Shown: positions 9,684-22,100 of the stretch, piece after piece
Numbering within the stretch: position 1 is the stretch's first letter
Layout of the letters: the number at the start of each line of letters is the position of its first letter
Source of the DNA: an uncultured Chloroflexia bacterium
Lineage (GTDB): Bacteria > Chloroflexota > Anaerolineae > Anaerolineales > UBA4823
Direction of reading: 5' to 3'
Assembly: GCA_963840255.1 (NCBI GenBank)
Contig: CAWIYB010000003.1
Span: 193,314-257,313 of the forward strand
DNA length: 64,000 bases
Notes under the pieces: generated by a model
Told to the model about the DNA's origin: nothing
Database searches by the model: none
What the model saw: the letters and a program-made list of their open reading frames with translations, nothing else
Made by a program: the position numbers and the translations under genes

Positions 9684-11201
9684 TTATGGTCGCGGCGTCG
9701 GTGAAGGCGTGGCGGTTGGACCGTTCAAAGTGCCCGTGGGAGTGGGAGTGATCGTGCCAGTGGGGACGGGGGTATTCGTCGACGGGAAAGCAGGCGTGGC
9801 AGTCTCGACCCCACTAATGGTAAAGATGCGTTCAACCACTTCACCTACTGCTCCCAACTGGCCAAGGTCATCCTGGTTGAAAAAAACCTTGAGGCTGGAG
9901 CCATCCCCAGTCAGCAGCTCGATGCGTTCATTACCGGCAAATGTATATGCACTGCCCGGCGTCACCCTGCCTTCAAACACGGTCTCTCCATCCACTATCA
10001 CACGCATCCAGGCACGCTGGTTAGCGATTATGTTCACTTGAATGGGGGCGTTCTCGAGACCTGGGGTGGAAGCAATTAAGACCGGCGTTGCTGTCTGCTG
10101 CAGAGTCCCGCTAATCGTTATGGAATCAATGACTTCCGTCGCGACAGCTGAAACCGCAATGCCGGGTGTGAGGCCGGGAGTGCCGGTCAAAGCCGCTTCT
10201 GGCGAAGACAGCAAGATTACGGATACGGGAGGCGCAGTTGGCGATGGTTGCTTAGCTGAATTCAGCTTCGAGATACGCAGGGCACCCCAGATGGAAAACC
10301 CCAGCAGGAAAACGATAATGAACCCGCCAACGAATAAATCCATGGAGAATAAACGTTTCAGCTGCGAAGGCCGCGCAGGAAGCCTGCCATCATCTTTTTG
10401 ACTCTGGGAGGTTGTGGAGGGGTTCCTGGCAGCCTGGCGATCGTAAAGATCGGCTTGCAAGCCATCGGCAAAGCGCAGCAAGACGGCTTCGGTATTGAGA
10501 CCTAGGAAAGAAGCGTAATTACTTAGCATGCCCCTTCCCTGGACCGGGGATGGTAAATGGGATATATCCCCAGATTCAAGGGCCTGGATATAGTGCATGC
10601 GGATATGGGTATGCCGCTCGACATCCCCAAGAGATAAGCCCATCAACTCACGCTGTGATTTAAGCGTGCTGCCAAGCTCTGTAAAAATAGCCTCCGAGCT
10701 GGTAGGTGATGCGCTGATTTCATTTGTGATTGAAGGAGAAGCGACCAAAGGCTGGCTTGATGATGCGTCGTTTTCCAGCAGGCGGATGAGCGTAGACGAA
10801 TCCAGCTTTAAATAATCCCCATAGGCGCGTAAAAAACCTCGTAGCTGGGCTGTTGAGGGCAGTGATGCGAACTTATCGGATTCCAAGGCTTCCAGGTAGT
10901 GCAAGCGGATATGCGTCGCTTGAGCTGCCTGGTCCAGACTCAAAGATTGTGATTCACGCCTGCCTGGCGGAGCTGAGTACCAATGGACATCGACTGTATT
11001 ATACAGCAGGCTTAAACGATAACACGGGTGCTGTATGGAGAGGTTGCGCCCATCCAGTACCCGTTTTATGATTATCTGAACTGCAAGATCATTCAGTTTC
11101 GGATTCGGTTTCGATTTCCGCTTCGGATTCGTCGGCAGGTTCAGGCTCGACTTCAACTTCCTCAACCACCTGAACGGCAGCCTTGCCTGGAACAGGGGCA
11201 A
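9684..11201 (-). CDS. RodZ-like protein with two HTH modules, a TM segment and a PT-rich tail
   Basis: Two RodZ-type HTH modules are present (THIRLHYLEALESDKFASLPSTAQLRGFLRAYGDYL and THIRMHYIQALESGDISHLPSPVQGRGMLSNYASFLGL). One TM segment (FVGGFIIVFLLGFSIWGAL) and a DUF4115-like C-terminal part follow. The start is uncertain: the only ATG (11201) overlaps rplI by 113 nt. Confidence 0.7.
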   Translation of the reverse strand: MPLFQARLPFRWLRKLKSSLNLPTNPKRKSKPNPKLNDLAVQIIIKRVLDGRNLSIQHPCYRLSLLYNTVDVHWYSAPPGRRESQSLSLDQAAQATHIRLHYLEALESDKFASLPSTAQLRGFLRAYGDYLKLDSSTLIRLLENDASSSQPLVASPSITNEISASPTSSEAIFTELGSTLKSQRELMGLSLGDVERHTHIRMHYIQALESGDISHLPSPVQGRGMLSNYASFLGLNTEAVLLRFADGLQADLYDRQAARNPSTTSQSQKDDGRLPARPSQLKRLFSMDLFVGGFIIVFLLGFSIWGALRISKLNSAKQPSPTAPPVSVILLSSPEAALTGTPGLTPGIAVSAVATEVIDSITISGTLQQTATPVLIASTPGLENAPIQVNIIANQRAWMRVIVDGETVFEGRVTPGSAYTFAGNERIELLTGDGSSLKVFFNQDDLGQLGAVGEVVERIFTISGVETATPAFPSTNTPVPTGTITPTPTGTLNGPTATPSPTPRP

Positions 11202-11655
11202 CGTATGCCTCGCCTTCGCGGTAAACGATCACATCAATGGTGGGGATGAGATCCACCGTGAGGCGGATATGGACCTTATACTCACCTAACATGCGTAATG
11301 GTTGAGAATCAATCTGGCGGCGGGCAACTTCCACGCCTGATTTTGCCTTCACGGCATCGGCAATCATTTGGGAGGTCACAGACCCGTATAATTTGCCCGT
11401 CTCGGAAGCTTTGGCAGGAAAGACCAGGGTAAGCCCGGCAAGCTGCTTGGCAACAGCGTCCATCTCTTGATTAACGATCGCGCGCTGGACGTTGGCTTTT
11501 TCTTTGATGCGCTCAGACATTTTAAGCGACTCGGCAGTCGCCAAAATTGCCATGCCTTGAGGAAGCAGATAATTACGACCGTAACCGTCTGCAACCCGCT
11601 TTACGTCGCCAGCGCGACCCAATTTATACACATCTTTCAGGAGGAGTACTTTCAT
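11089..11655 (-). CDS. rplI: 50S ribosomal protein L9 with an acidic C-terminal extension
   Basis: MKVLLLKDVYKLGRAGDVKRVADGYGRNYLLPQGMA is a canonical L9 N-terminus. The tail is VEEVEVEPEPADESEAEIETESETE. Confidence 0.9.
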   Translation of the reverse strand: MKVLLLKDVYKLGRAGDVKRVADGYGRNYLLPQGMAILATAESLKMSERIKEKANVQRAIVNQEMDAVAKQLAGLTLVFPAKASETGKLYGSVTSQMIADAVKAKSGVEVARRQIDSQPLRMLGEYKVHIRLTVDLIPTIDVIVYREGEAYVAPVPGKAAVQVVEEVEVEPEPADESEAEIETESETE

Positions 11656-11770
11656 TTTCTCAAGCCCTTTCGTTATCTGCAAAATTTTGCCTGGGCGAAG
11701 GGTACAACGCCGCAGGCAAGGTGGGATTTTACCAGGAATATGGAGGTGAGTCAACGATTATAATAAACTG

Positions 11771-12556
11771 ATGCCCAGCCGTTCACGCTCACAGAGGGTT
11801 GAAGCGATCGTCCTGCGCCACACAGATTGGGGTGAGGCAGACCGCCTTCTCTGGTTGTTCACGCGCGAAATTGGGAAAGTGAAGGTGGTGGCAAAAGGAG
11901 TGCGTAAGCCGCGCTCACGAAAAGCCGGACACCTGGAACCATTTACCCGCGTGGATCTGCAGCTGGCACATGGACGGGATTTACTCATCGTGACCCAGGC
12001 TGAGGCGAAAGAGGCGTACCAGTGGCTGCGCGAGGACCTTGTACGCATGGGGTATGCCTCATATATTATCGAATTATTGGACCGGTTCACCTACGAGGAA
12101 GGTGAGAATATCGGTTTGTATCGCCTGTTAAGTGAGACTCTGAGGCGAATAAATGAGGAACCCGATCCGGCGTTCGCGGTACGTTATTACGAGGTCAGGC
12201 TGCTTGACCTGGTTGGTTTTCGCCCGCAGCTGATCCACTGCGTAAATTGTGGAGAGGAAATTCGGGCTGAAGACCAATACTTCTCGTTTGAGAAGGGTGG
12301 GGTGATTTGCCCAAAATGCGGGGCTAAAGAAGCGGGAGTACGCCTTGTGACCATGCCGGCTTTACATATACTCAGGCATTTCCAGAGATCAAATTACGCT
12401 GAAGCACAACGCGCCAGGCTATCAGTAGGGGTAGACCTGGAGCTTGAAAACCTGATGGGGAATTATCTTACCTATCTCCTCGAGCGAGGGTTGAATACAC
12501 CAGAATTCCTGAAACGGGTGCGCAAGTTGGCTGATACTGGGGATGATTTAAGCTAA
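11771..12556 (+). CDS. recO: DNA repair protein RecO
   Basis: VEAIVLRHTDWGEADRLLWLFTREIGKVKVVAKGVRKPRSR OB-fold N-terminus and a zinc motif CVNCG...CPKCG. Confidence 0.9.
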   Translation: MPSRSRSQRVEAIVLRHTDWGEADRLLWLFTREIGKVKVVAKGVRKPRSRKAGHLEPFTRVDLQLAHGRDLLIVTQAEAKEAYQWLREDLVRMGYASYIIELLDRFTYEEGENIGLYRLLSETLRRINEEPDPAFAVRYYEVRLLDLVGFRPQLIHCVNCGEEIRAEDQYFSFEKGGVICPKCGAKEAGVRLVTMPALHILRHFQRSNYAEAQRARLSVGVDLELENLMGNYLTYLLERGLNTPEFLKRVRKLADTGDDLS

Positions 12557-12700
12557 CCTTCCAATATAGAGCTTCACAACAATCGTTGTGTACCGTACAT
12601 GTGAGGTTGTGATGCAATCATGTGAGGGTGGGTTCTCTATATATCTTTCTTTTTTGTGGAGCTATACCTGTAGATTTCTGCTTGATATTTTTACATAAAA

Positions 12701-12740
12701 CACTTGACTTAGAGTCAACTCCAAGTGATACACTATAAAT
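12701..12740 (+). promoter_or_regulatory. candidate MerR-type promoter/operator
   Basis: TTGACT (12704-12709), a 19-nt spacer, then TACACT. The spacer holds the dyad TTGACTtagAGTCAA, nested within CACTTG...CAAGTG. It lies directly upstream of the MerR gene. Confidence 0.45.
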
Positions 12741-12753
12741 AAGAGGTGAATAT

Positions 12754-13158
12754 ATGAAGATCGCGGAAGTAAGTGAACGATATTCTATTTCGTCAGATAC
12801 GCTGCGTTATTATGAGCGGATTGGTTTAATCCCACCGGTAAATCGCAATGGAAGCGGTATCAGAGATTATATCGATACTGATGTGAAGCGGGTTGAATTT
12901 ATCAAGTGCATGAGGAGCGTGGGGTTGCCCATTGAAGTGCTGATTGAATATGTCAGATTGGTTCAACAAGGTGACGCCACCATCGAAGCCAGAAAAGATA
13001 TTTTAAAGGATCAGCGAGACTTGCTCGCGGCTAAAATGAAAGAAATGCAAAAAACTTTAGACTTGTTGGATTATAAGATAAACGTATATGAACACACGGT
13101 ACTGGAAAAAGAGAAAGAAATAATTCATACTGATGATCAAGCCTTAGAAATTATCTAA
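12754..13158 (+). CDS. MerR family transcriptional regulator
   Basis: MKIAEVSERYSISSDTLRYYERIGLIPPVNRNGSGIRDY winged-HTH region followed by a coiled-coil. Confidence 0.9.
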   Translation: MKIAEVSERYSISSDTLRYYERIGLIPPVNRNGSGIRDYIDTDVKRVEFIKCMRSVGLPIEVLIEYVRLVQQGDATIEARKDILKDQRDLLAAKMKEMQKTLDLLDYKINVYEHTVLEKEKEIIHTDDQALEII

Positions 13159-13166
13159 TAAAATAA

Positions 13167-14183
<1,017 letters not shown>

Positions 14184-14211
14184 GCAAGCCACTGTATAAG
14201 GAATTTTGAAA

Positions 14212-14599
14212 ATGGCAACTTGGACGAACGACGAGCTCAACAAGCTCGGAAGTGCAGAAGAAATGGAGCTCACATCTCTCCGTGGTGATGGCACGTGGCG
14301 AAAGCCGGTGACGATTTGGGTCAGTCCGCTACGGTGATGATCTTTACGTCCGCTCAGTAAACGGTCGCACCGGCGCCTGGTTCCGTGGCACACAGGTGCG
14401 TCACGAAGGCCATATCCATGCTGGTGGCGTTGACAAAGATGTCACCTTCGTGGACGCCGACCCAGGTATTAACAACCAGATTGACGAAGCTTACCGCACA
14501 AAGTACCGCCGCTATGGGCCGAGTATTGTCAACACAATCATTACTCCGGAAGCACGCTCCTCAACAATCAAACTAGTGCCGTGTGCAACCAACGCTTAA
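14212..14599 (+). pseudogene. DUF2255-like gene interrupted by a +1 frameshift near 14333
   Basis: Frame 1 reads MATWTNDELNKLGSAEEMELTSLRGDGTWRKPVTIWVSPLR and stops at TGA 14335-14337. The next frame continues GDDLYVRSVNGRTGAWFRGTQVRHEGHIHAGGVDKDVTFVDAD...IKLVPCATNA. The two pieces together look like one small conserved protein. Confidence 0.6.
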
Positions 14600-14649
14600 T
14601 CAATTTTATTAGTGAGATCTCGCACCCATGCAACTAAAAGGAGAAGGCC

Positions 14650-15633
14650 ATGGAATATGTACGATTAGGTTCAACCGGGATGAAAGTCTCACGCATCTGC
14701 CTCGGTTGCATGGGGTTTGGGGATGCGGAGCGGTGGGTTCACAAATGGGTTCTCACCGAGGAAAATAGCCGGCCGATCATTAAGAAAGCCCTCGAGCTGG
14801 GGATCAACTTCTTCGATACAGCCAACGTTTATTCCATTGGAAAGAGTGAGGAGATCCTCGGACGCGCTTTGAAGGATTTCGCCAATCGGGACCAGGTCGT
14901 CATTGCCACCAAGGTACGCGGTAAAATGCACGACGGACCGAATGGCGAAGGTCTGTCGCGCAAGGCGATCCTAAGCGAGATCGACAAAAGCCTGAAGCGG
15001 CTTGAGGTGGATTATGTCGACCTTTACCAGATCCATCGCTGGGATTACGAAACTCCAATTGAGGAGACGATGGAAGCGCTACATGACGTGGTGAAGGCCG
15101 GCAAGGTCCGTTACATCGGAGCTTCTGCCATGTTCGCCTGGCAGTTCCAGAAAGCGCTGTATGTTGCTGAGAAGCATGGGTGGACCCGCTTCGTCTCGAT
15201 GCAGGATCATCTGAACCTCATCTACCGTGAAGAGGAACGTGAGATGCTGCCACTTTGCCGCGAGGAGAAGATCGGTGTGATCCCGTATAGTCCACTCGCA
15301 TCGGGAAGATTGACGCGTGACTGGTCATCGGAAAGCACTCTTCGTTCCGAAACCGATCAAATCGCGAAAAGCAAATACGATGCGACAGCCGAAACGGATC
15401 GACGAGTGGTGGTGCGGGTCGCGGAGATTGCAGAAAAGTATGGGGTTCCGCGCGTGCATATCGCACTCGCCTGGTTGTTACAGAAAGAGCCTGTGACCGC
15501 GCCCATCATTGGGGCAACGAAGATCACCCATTTGGAAGATGCCGTCGGCGCTCTGTCCGTTAAACTGACGCAGGAAGATGTGGCATACCTGGAAGAACCT
15601 TATGTTCCGCATCACATCGTTGGTCATCAATAA
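14650..15633 (+). CDS. aldo/keto reductase (paralog 2)
   Basis: MEYVRLGSTGMKVSRICLGCM, FFDTANVYS and DLYQIHRWD motifs. Confidence 0.9.
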   Translation: MEYVRLGSTGMKVSRICLGCMGFGDAERWVHKWVLTEENSRPIIKKALELGINFFDTANVYSIGKSEEILGRALKDFANRDQVVIATKVRGKMHDGPNGEGLSRKAILSEIDKSLKRLEVDYVDLYQIHRWDYETPIEETMEALHDVVKAGKVRYIGASAMFAWQFQKALYVAEKHGWTRFVSMQDHLNLIYREEEREMLPLCREEKIGVIPYSPLASGRLTRDWSSESTLRSETDQIAKSKYDATAETDRRVVVRVAEIAEKYGVPRVHIALAWLLQKEPVTAPIIGATKITHLEDAVGALSVKLTQEDVAYLEEPYVPHHIVGHQ

Positions 15634-15659
15634 AAAGGATCAGGAATCAGGAGAAAGCA

Positions 15660-16637
15660 ATGGAGTTTGTTAGGTTTGGATCAACCGGTATGAAAGTATC
15701 GCGCATCTGCCTGGGCTGCATGAGCTACGGAGGGTCAACTGAGCGCTGGCCATGGGCGTTGGATGAAAAAAACAGCCTGCCGTTCATCAAACAAGCGCTG
15801 GAATTGGGGATCAATTTTTTCGATACCGCTAATGTTTACTCTAATGGGCTGAGCGAACATGTGGTTGGTAAAGCACTGCGTGAGTATGCTTCCCGCGAAG
15901 AGGTGGTGATCGCCACCAAGGTGTATTTCGATATAGGTCCTGGACCCAACGATCGCGGCCTCTCCCGAAAACATATCCTAAGCTCGATCGATGCCAGCCT
16001 CAAACGGCTGGGGACGGATTACGTCGATCTGTACCAAATCCACCGCTGGGATTATGAAACCCCGATTGAGGAGACTCTGGAAGCCCTGAATGACGTAGTA
16101 AGGGCTGGAAAAACCCGCTACATCGGTGCCTCATCCATGTATGCCTGGCAGTTTGCCAAAGCCCTTTACATCTCGGAGTTGCATGGTTGGGCGCGTTTCG
16201 TTTCCATGCAGCCCCATTACAACCTGATTTACCGGGAGGAGGAACGCGAAATGCTCCCCCTCTGCAACGATCAGAAGGTCGCCGTTATTCCCTGGGCACC
16301 GCTGGCCAAAGGGAGATTGGCGCGTAAACCATCGAATGAACAGGATGAATCATATCGTGCCCAGACGGATGCCATTGGTAAACGTTTGTATAATGATGGA
16401 GACTTAACCATCGCACAAGCGGTCAGTGATGTGGCAGAAGCCCGTAAAGTGCCCATGGCTCAGGTAGCCCTGGCCTGGATGCTCTCTAAACCGGTGATCA
16501 CCGCCCCAATCATTGGCGCTACCAAGCCTCATCATCTGGACGATGCTGTTGCTGCCATCTCTGTGCAGCTCTCTCCAGATGAAATCCGTTATTTGGAACA
16601 AGCTTATCAACCTCATCCAATACTCGGTTATGCGTAA
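15660..16637 (+). CDS. aldo/keto reductase (paralog 3)
   Basis: MEFVRFGSTGMKVSRICLGCM. Colinear with the preceding paralog along its whole length. Confidence 0.9.
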   Translation: MEFVRFGSTGMKVSRICLGCMSYGGSTERWPWALDEKNSLPFIKQALELGINFFDTANVYSNGLSEHVVGKALREYASREEVVIATKVYFDIGPGPNDRGLSRKHILSSIDASLKRLGTDYVDLYQIHRWDYETPIEETLEALNDVVRAGKTRYIGASSMYAWQFAKALYISELHGWARFVSMQPHYNLIYREEEREMLPLCNDQKVAVIPWAPLAKGRLARKPSNEQDESYRAQTDAIGKRLYNDGDLTIAQAVSDVAEARKVPMAQVALAWMLSKPVITAPIIGATKPHHLDDAVAAISVQLSPDEIRYLEQAYQPHPILGYA

Positions 16638-17154
16638 TTAGCAAAACCAAGCCGCGCTTCTACAACGGAACGTGCGTCCTGGTTTCTATAACTGTGATCA
16701 GGGCACCCAAATTGGTTGAAGGTGAAACGCAGAATGATATGATAGTTTTTAACTAGAATTGAGCAAAAGTAGTTTTTGAATGCAATATTGCATGAGGGTA
16801 TAGGTTCTCCGGTTTTTATGCATACACCGGTAATATAAAAATCCATTTCCTCTCCTAATGACAACTCTTGTCTGCGAATTTGCTTGCCTCAGACTTATGT
16901 CACTTTCATCCTATCTAATTTGTGCTAAATTACACTATTTTGTGCATCCTGGCACAAGTATGCTATAGATGAAACCTGAGGAGAAATCGGGATCCATGCG
17001 AGGAAAGTTGCATAGTTTCGCCCATTGTGTCGCTTTATTGTAATTAAAGATTGCTAAGCGACGATTTTGCATTATTGTACAGGTAACAATTTGTGTCCGG
17101 ATTATCAGGTGCCCTTTTTATCGAAGTGACACATTGTTCGAGGAGAAACACCGG

Positions 17155-19179
17155 ATGAGACCAACCAGTAGAGGCAGCCCCAAGATCGGTGTGTATATAT
17201 GCCATTGTGGCACCAACATTGCCGGCATGGTGGATGTGGAAGCAGTCACCAACCATGCAGCTGCATTGGATAACGTGTTGGTTGCCCGCCATTACACCTA
17301 TATGTGTTCAGACCCAGGCCAGGCTCTTATTAAGGATGATATCCGCAGTGAGGGCCTGAATCGTATCGTGGTGGCTTCTTGCTCACCGTTGATGCATGAG
17401 ACCACATTCCGCAGGGCATGTGCCGAGGCAGGGCTCAACCCATTCTTGTTCCAAATGACCAATATCAGGGAGCACTGCTCGTGGGTGTCGGAAGACCCAG
17501 CCGGTGCGACGCAAAAAGCCATGGCGCTGGTATCTGCCGCGGTGAACAGGGTGCAGTACCAGGCGCCACTCGAGGCTCGCCAGGTGGATATGAAACAGTC
17601 TGCCGTGGTGGTGGGGGCAGGGATCGCGGGGATTGAGGCCGCCCTGCGACTGGCAGATGCGGGCAAACACGTCTACCTGGTAGAGCGGCAGCCCAGCATC
17701 GGCGGGCACATGGCGCAGCTGTACAAGACCTTCCCAACGTTAGACTGCGCCGCCTGAATTCTCACTCCCAAGATGGTGTCCGTTGGACGCCACGAAAACA
17801 TCACCCTGCTGAGCTACAGTGAAGTCGAATCAGTCTCCGGGTACGTGGGCAATTTTACCGTGCGGGTGCGCCGTAAACCACGCTATGTTGATGAAGACTC
17901 ATGTACTGGTTGTGGAACCTGCGTTGAAAAATGCCCGTGGAAAAAGATCCCATCAGAGTTTGACCTGGGGTTGGGGAACCGGGCTGCAATCTACTTCCCC
18001 TTTGCGCAGGCAGTGCCACGCGTGCCTGTGATCGATACCCAAAATTGTGCCTACTTCCAAAAGGGCAAATGCCGGGCATGTGAAAAATTCTGCCTGACCG
18101 GGTCGATCAATTTCGAGCAGAAGGAAGAGTTGCTCGATATCGATGTAGGGGCGATCGTCCTGGCAACGGGGTTCAAGGATTTTGATGCCCGCCGCATCCA
18201 ACAGTATGGCTATGGCGAGCTAGAAAACGTCGTGACCAGCATGGAGCTGGAACGGTTGATTAATACCGGTGGACCGACGATCGGTGAGGTGCGGCTCAAA
18301 GACGGCCGTAAACCGGAAAGTGTCGCCATCGTGCACTGCGTTGGCAGCCGCAATAAAGACTACCACGAATACTGTTCACGGGTGTGCTGTATGTATTCGC
18401 TCAAGCTGGCACAGCTGGTTCGCGACTATGTGGGTGCAGAAGTGCATGAGTATTATCGCGACATGCGCGCTTTCGGCAAGGGCTATGAAGCTTTCTTCGA
18501 GCGCGTGGAAAGAGCGGGGGTCCATTTCGCCCGTTTTGATCAGGAAATGGCGGACGGAGGCCTGCAAATCAGCAAGCACAACGGACAATTAAAAATATCC
18601 ACAACGGATGTATACACCGGTCAGCTGTCCGAGCTGCTGGTGGATATGGTTGTATTGAGCACCGGGGTTGAGCCCCAGTCAGATGCCGCCCACGTGGCAC
18701 AAACTTTCAGCATCAGCCGGGGTCCGGATGGATTCTTCCTGGAGAAGCATCCCAAGCTGGCACCGGTGGAAACAACCACAGATGGAGTATACCTGGCAGG
18801 CGCCTGCCAGAGCCCGAAAGACATCCCCGACAGTGTGGCGCAAGGCGGGGCGGCTGCCTCGGCAGCACTTTCTTTAATGGATGCCGGGCACGTCACCCTG
18901 GAACCGTTCACTACCTATATTGACCAGTCGAAATGCGGGGGCTGCCGCACTTGTGAAGGGTTGTGCCCATATCATGCCATCGAGATGGTTGTCCTCGATG
19001 GACGAATGGTGGCTTATGTTAATGAGGTGTTGTGTAAAGGGTGCGGAGCGTGCGCGGCGGCTTGCCCTGCCCAGGCAGCCATCCAGAATGGCTTTACCCA
19101 GGACCAAATCCTGGCTGAAATAGATGGAATCCTATCGGTTGCGAGTTTATCCGTAATGCCTCAACAGGAGGTGGTATGA
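17155..19179 (+). CDS. hdrA: HdrA-like flavoprotein with an in-frame TGA (17755-17757), a probable selenocysteine codon
   Basis: Track ORFs 17134..17757 and 17773..19179 are in the same frame, separated only by the TGA plus 5 sense codons. The joined sequence reads [34 protein letters not shown], where non-Sec HdrA proteins have Cys. Other signatures are the N-terminal VYICHCGTNIAG, the FAD fold VVVGAGIAGIEAAL and C-terminal 2x[4Fe-4S] (CGGCRTCEGLCP, CKGCGACAAACP). Start at 17155 follows GAGGAG. Confidence 0.8.
17774..17792 (+). promoter_or_regulatory. candidate bacterial SECIS hairpin for hdrA copy 1
   Basis: UGGUGUCC-GUU-GGACGCCA, an 8-bp stem that includes one G-U pair. It starts 17 nt after the UGA and is identical in sequence in the paralog. 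Confidence 0.5.
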
Positions 19180-22100
19180 ACCTCTCCAAGATAAAGACGG
19201 GAGTCTACATCTGCCACTGCGGGACAAACATCGCCGGAAAAGTGGATGTTAAAGCCGTAGTGGAATTTGCCCAGACGCTTGATGGAGTCGTGCTGGCACG
19301 CGATTACACTTACATGTGTTCAGACCCAGGTCAGGATTTGATCAAGCAGGATATTCGTGAACAGGGACTGAACCGGGTGGTGGTAGCTTCTTGTACGCCC
19401 CTGATGCACGAACCGACTTTCCGCAGGGCATGCCGGGAAGGGGGATTGAACCCGTTCTTCTTCCAGATGGCAAATATCCGCGAGCATTGCTCGTGGGTTG
19501 TAGATGACCCCGGGATGGCAACAGATAAAGCCAAGCACATGGTCAGCGCAGCGGTCAGCCGAGTTCACCACCACCGCCCCCTGAACATGCGCTCAGTGGA
19601 TATGGACCAAAGTGCGCTGGTGGTGGGTGGGGGCATCGCCGGGATTGAAGCTGCCCTTCGCCTGGCAGATGCCGGCAAGAAGGTATACATGGTGGAGCGT
19701 GAGCCAAATATCGGTGGGCACATGGCTCAACTTTATAAGACATTTCCCACTCTAGACTGTGCAGCCTGAATACTTACACCGAAAATGGTGTCCGTTGGAC
19801 GCCACGAAAACATCAGCCTGCTGAGCTACAGTGAAGTTGAAAATATTTCCGGGTACGTGGGCAACTACCAGGTGCGGGTGCGCCGAAAGGCACGCTTTGT
19901 GGATGAAAGCCAATGCACCGGCTGTGGGAAGTGCGCTGACGTCTGCCCAGTGGATGTGATAAACACTTTTGACAAAGGGTTGAGCACCCGTAAAGCCACC
20001 TACCGTAATTCAGCCCAGGCAGTGCCCGGCGCGTTCGTGATCGAGAAACGCGGCATCGCACCCTGCCGGGCTGCCTGCCCCACCGACCAGCGCGCCCAGG
20101 GATACATTGCCCTGATCAAACAAAAGCGCTACGCGGATGCTTATTGGGCCATCCGGCGGGAGCATCCATTCCCTTCGGTGTGCGGGCGGGTATGCAACCG
20201 GCGCTGTGAGGAGCAATGCAGCCGGGGCTTGTATGACGAACCGGTAAGTATCATGAAGCTGAAGTGGTTCGTCGCCGATTGGGCATATGAACACCGGGAT
20301 GAGCTGCCCAACATGCGCGATAAGTCATTGGTGGGCACGCCGTTCTCCCACGACCCAACTCCAACGGGCAAGAAAGTCGCCATCATCGGTGCAGGACCGG
20401 CGGGAATGACGGCAGCCTTGGACCTGGTGCGCATCGGTCACCAGGCAACGGTATTTGATTCACTACCCATCGCGGGCGGGATGATGCGGGTGGGTATCCC
20501 ACCGCACCGCCTGCCGTACGACCGCCTGGATTGGGAAATCCAGCAAATTGTGGATGAAGGCGTTGAGATGAAGTTAAGCACGCGGGTGTACGACATCCCC
20601 GGCTTGTTTACCAAAGGCTATAACGCCGTGGTCATCGCAACCGGCGCCCACAGTGCCTGGAAGCTGAACATCCCCGGCACCGAGCACCCCGATAACTGGC
20701 TGAGCCTGGATTTACTTCGCAGGGCGTGCCTGGGGGAGAAAATTGACCTGAGTGGGCGCGACATTGCCGTGATCGGGGCGGGGGATGTCGCCCTTGATGC
20801 AGCACGAGTATCCGTCAGGCTGGGAAGCCCTAAGGTAAAAATAGTGTGCCGCGGTATGCGTGCCTCATTCAATGAGCTCGACGAAGCAAATAAGGAAGGG
20901 GTGGAAATCATCCGCAACCGGGTGTTCAAGGAAGTGGTCATCCGGGAGAATAAAATTATTGGCATCCGCTGCGTGGAAGCCAAGGTGGGGGCGATCGTCA
21001 ATGGTAAACGTCAGGTGGAGGAGATTCCCGGCACCGACCATGTGATCCCATGTGACCTGGTGATCTGGGCAGTCGGGCAGCAGCCAGACTTCAGCTTCTT
21101 ACCAGAAGGCTCGCACATCCGCAAGCTCAGCTCCATGGGACTCGAGACGGATGATGAGATGATGACCAGCATGCCGGGAGTATTTGTCGCGGGTGATGTA
21201 CGCCGGGGAACCACCTTCTTTGTGGTGGACGCAATCGGCGAAGGTCACCACGTGGCAAGGTGCATCGACCGATTCCTGCGTGGACCAGAAGGGATTCAGG
21301 AACCACCCAGGCTACCCACGGCCACCTTTACGAAAGACGAAGTGGGTAAATTGATGGAGACCGGTTGGGCGGCGGAGAACCCACGGGCTAAAACTCGCAC
21401 CATCCCAGCAGAAGAACGAGTGAACAATTTTAAGGAAGTCGACCTGACGCTAAGCGAAGAAGAGGCACTTGCTGAAGCGGAGCGGTGTTTACGGTGCGGC
21501 ATTTGTTCGGAATGCCTTGAATGCCTGTCAGCGTGCGAGCGCGGGGCGATTGACCATGACATGAAAGACAGCATCCTTGACTTGAAGGTAGGTACGATCG
21601 TCCTGGCAACCGGTTTCAAGGATTTTGATCCATCACGGATCCCCGAGCTGGGCTACGGTCAATTGGAAAATGTGCTCACCTCGATGGAATTCGAGCGCTT
21701 GATCAATGCCAGCGGTCCCACCAGTGGCAAGGTGATGCTTAAAAATGGCGAGGCACCAACAAAGGTCGCTATTGTGCATTGCGTTGGCAGCCGGGACGAT
21801 AAATACAATGAATACTGCTCGCGAGCGTGCTGCATGTACTCGCTTAAACTGGCTCAGCTGGTGCACGATTATATGGGTGCCGAAGTACACGAAATCTACA
21901 GAGATATGCGCACATTCGGTAAAGATTATGAAGAGTTTTATAACCGCACACGCAGCAAAGGGGTTAATTTCTACCACGGGCGGGTGAAAAGCATCAAAGC
22001 GCAGGACGGGCAGCTGGTGGTCAAATGGGACGAGAGCTTCTTCAACCAGCCTGACCACATCGAGGTGGATATGGTTATCCTTTCCACCGGTTTCGAAGCC

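Noticed and set aside
16640-17150. Possible ncRNA or riboswitch in the 500-nt AT-rich leader upstream of hdrA.
   Set aside because: I could not recognise any known riboswitch core or stable conserved structure by eye. It is left as unexplained non-coding DNA and mentioned only under the Hdr finding.
17755-19769. The HdrA genes read as genuinely split genes or nonsense pseudogenes.
   Set aside because: Both stops are TGA at the same conserved Cys position, and both halves are in frame. The downstream nucleotides are conserved as a hairpin between the paralogs, which favours Sec recoding. This still needs the Sec machinery to be found elsewhere in the genome.
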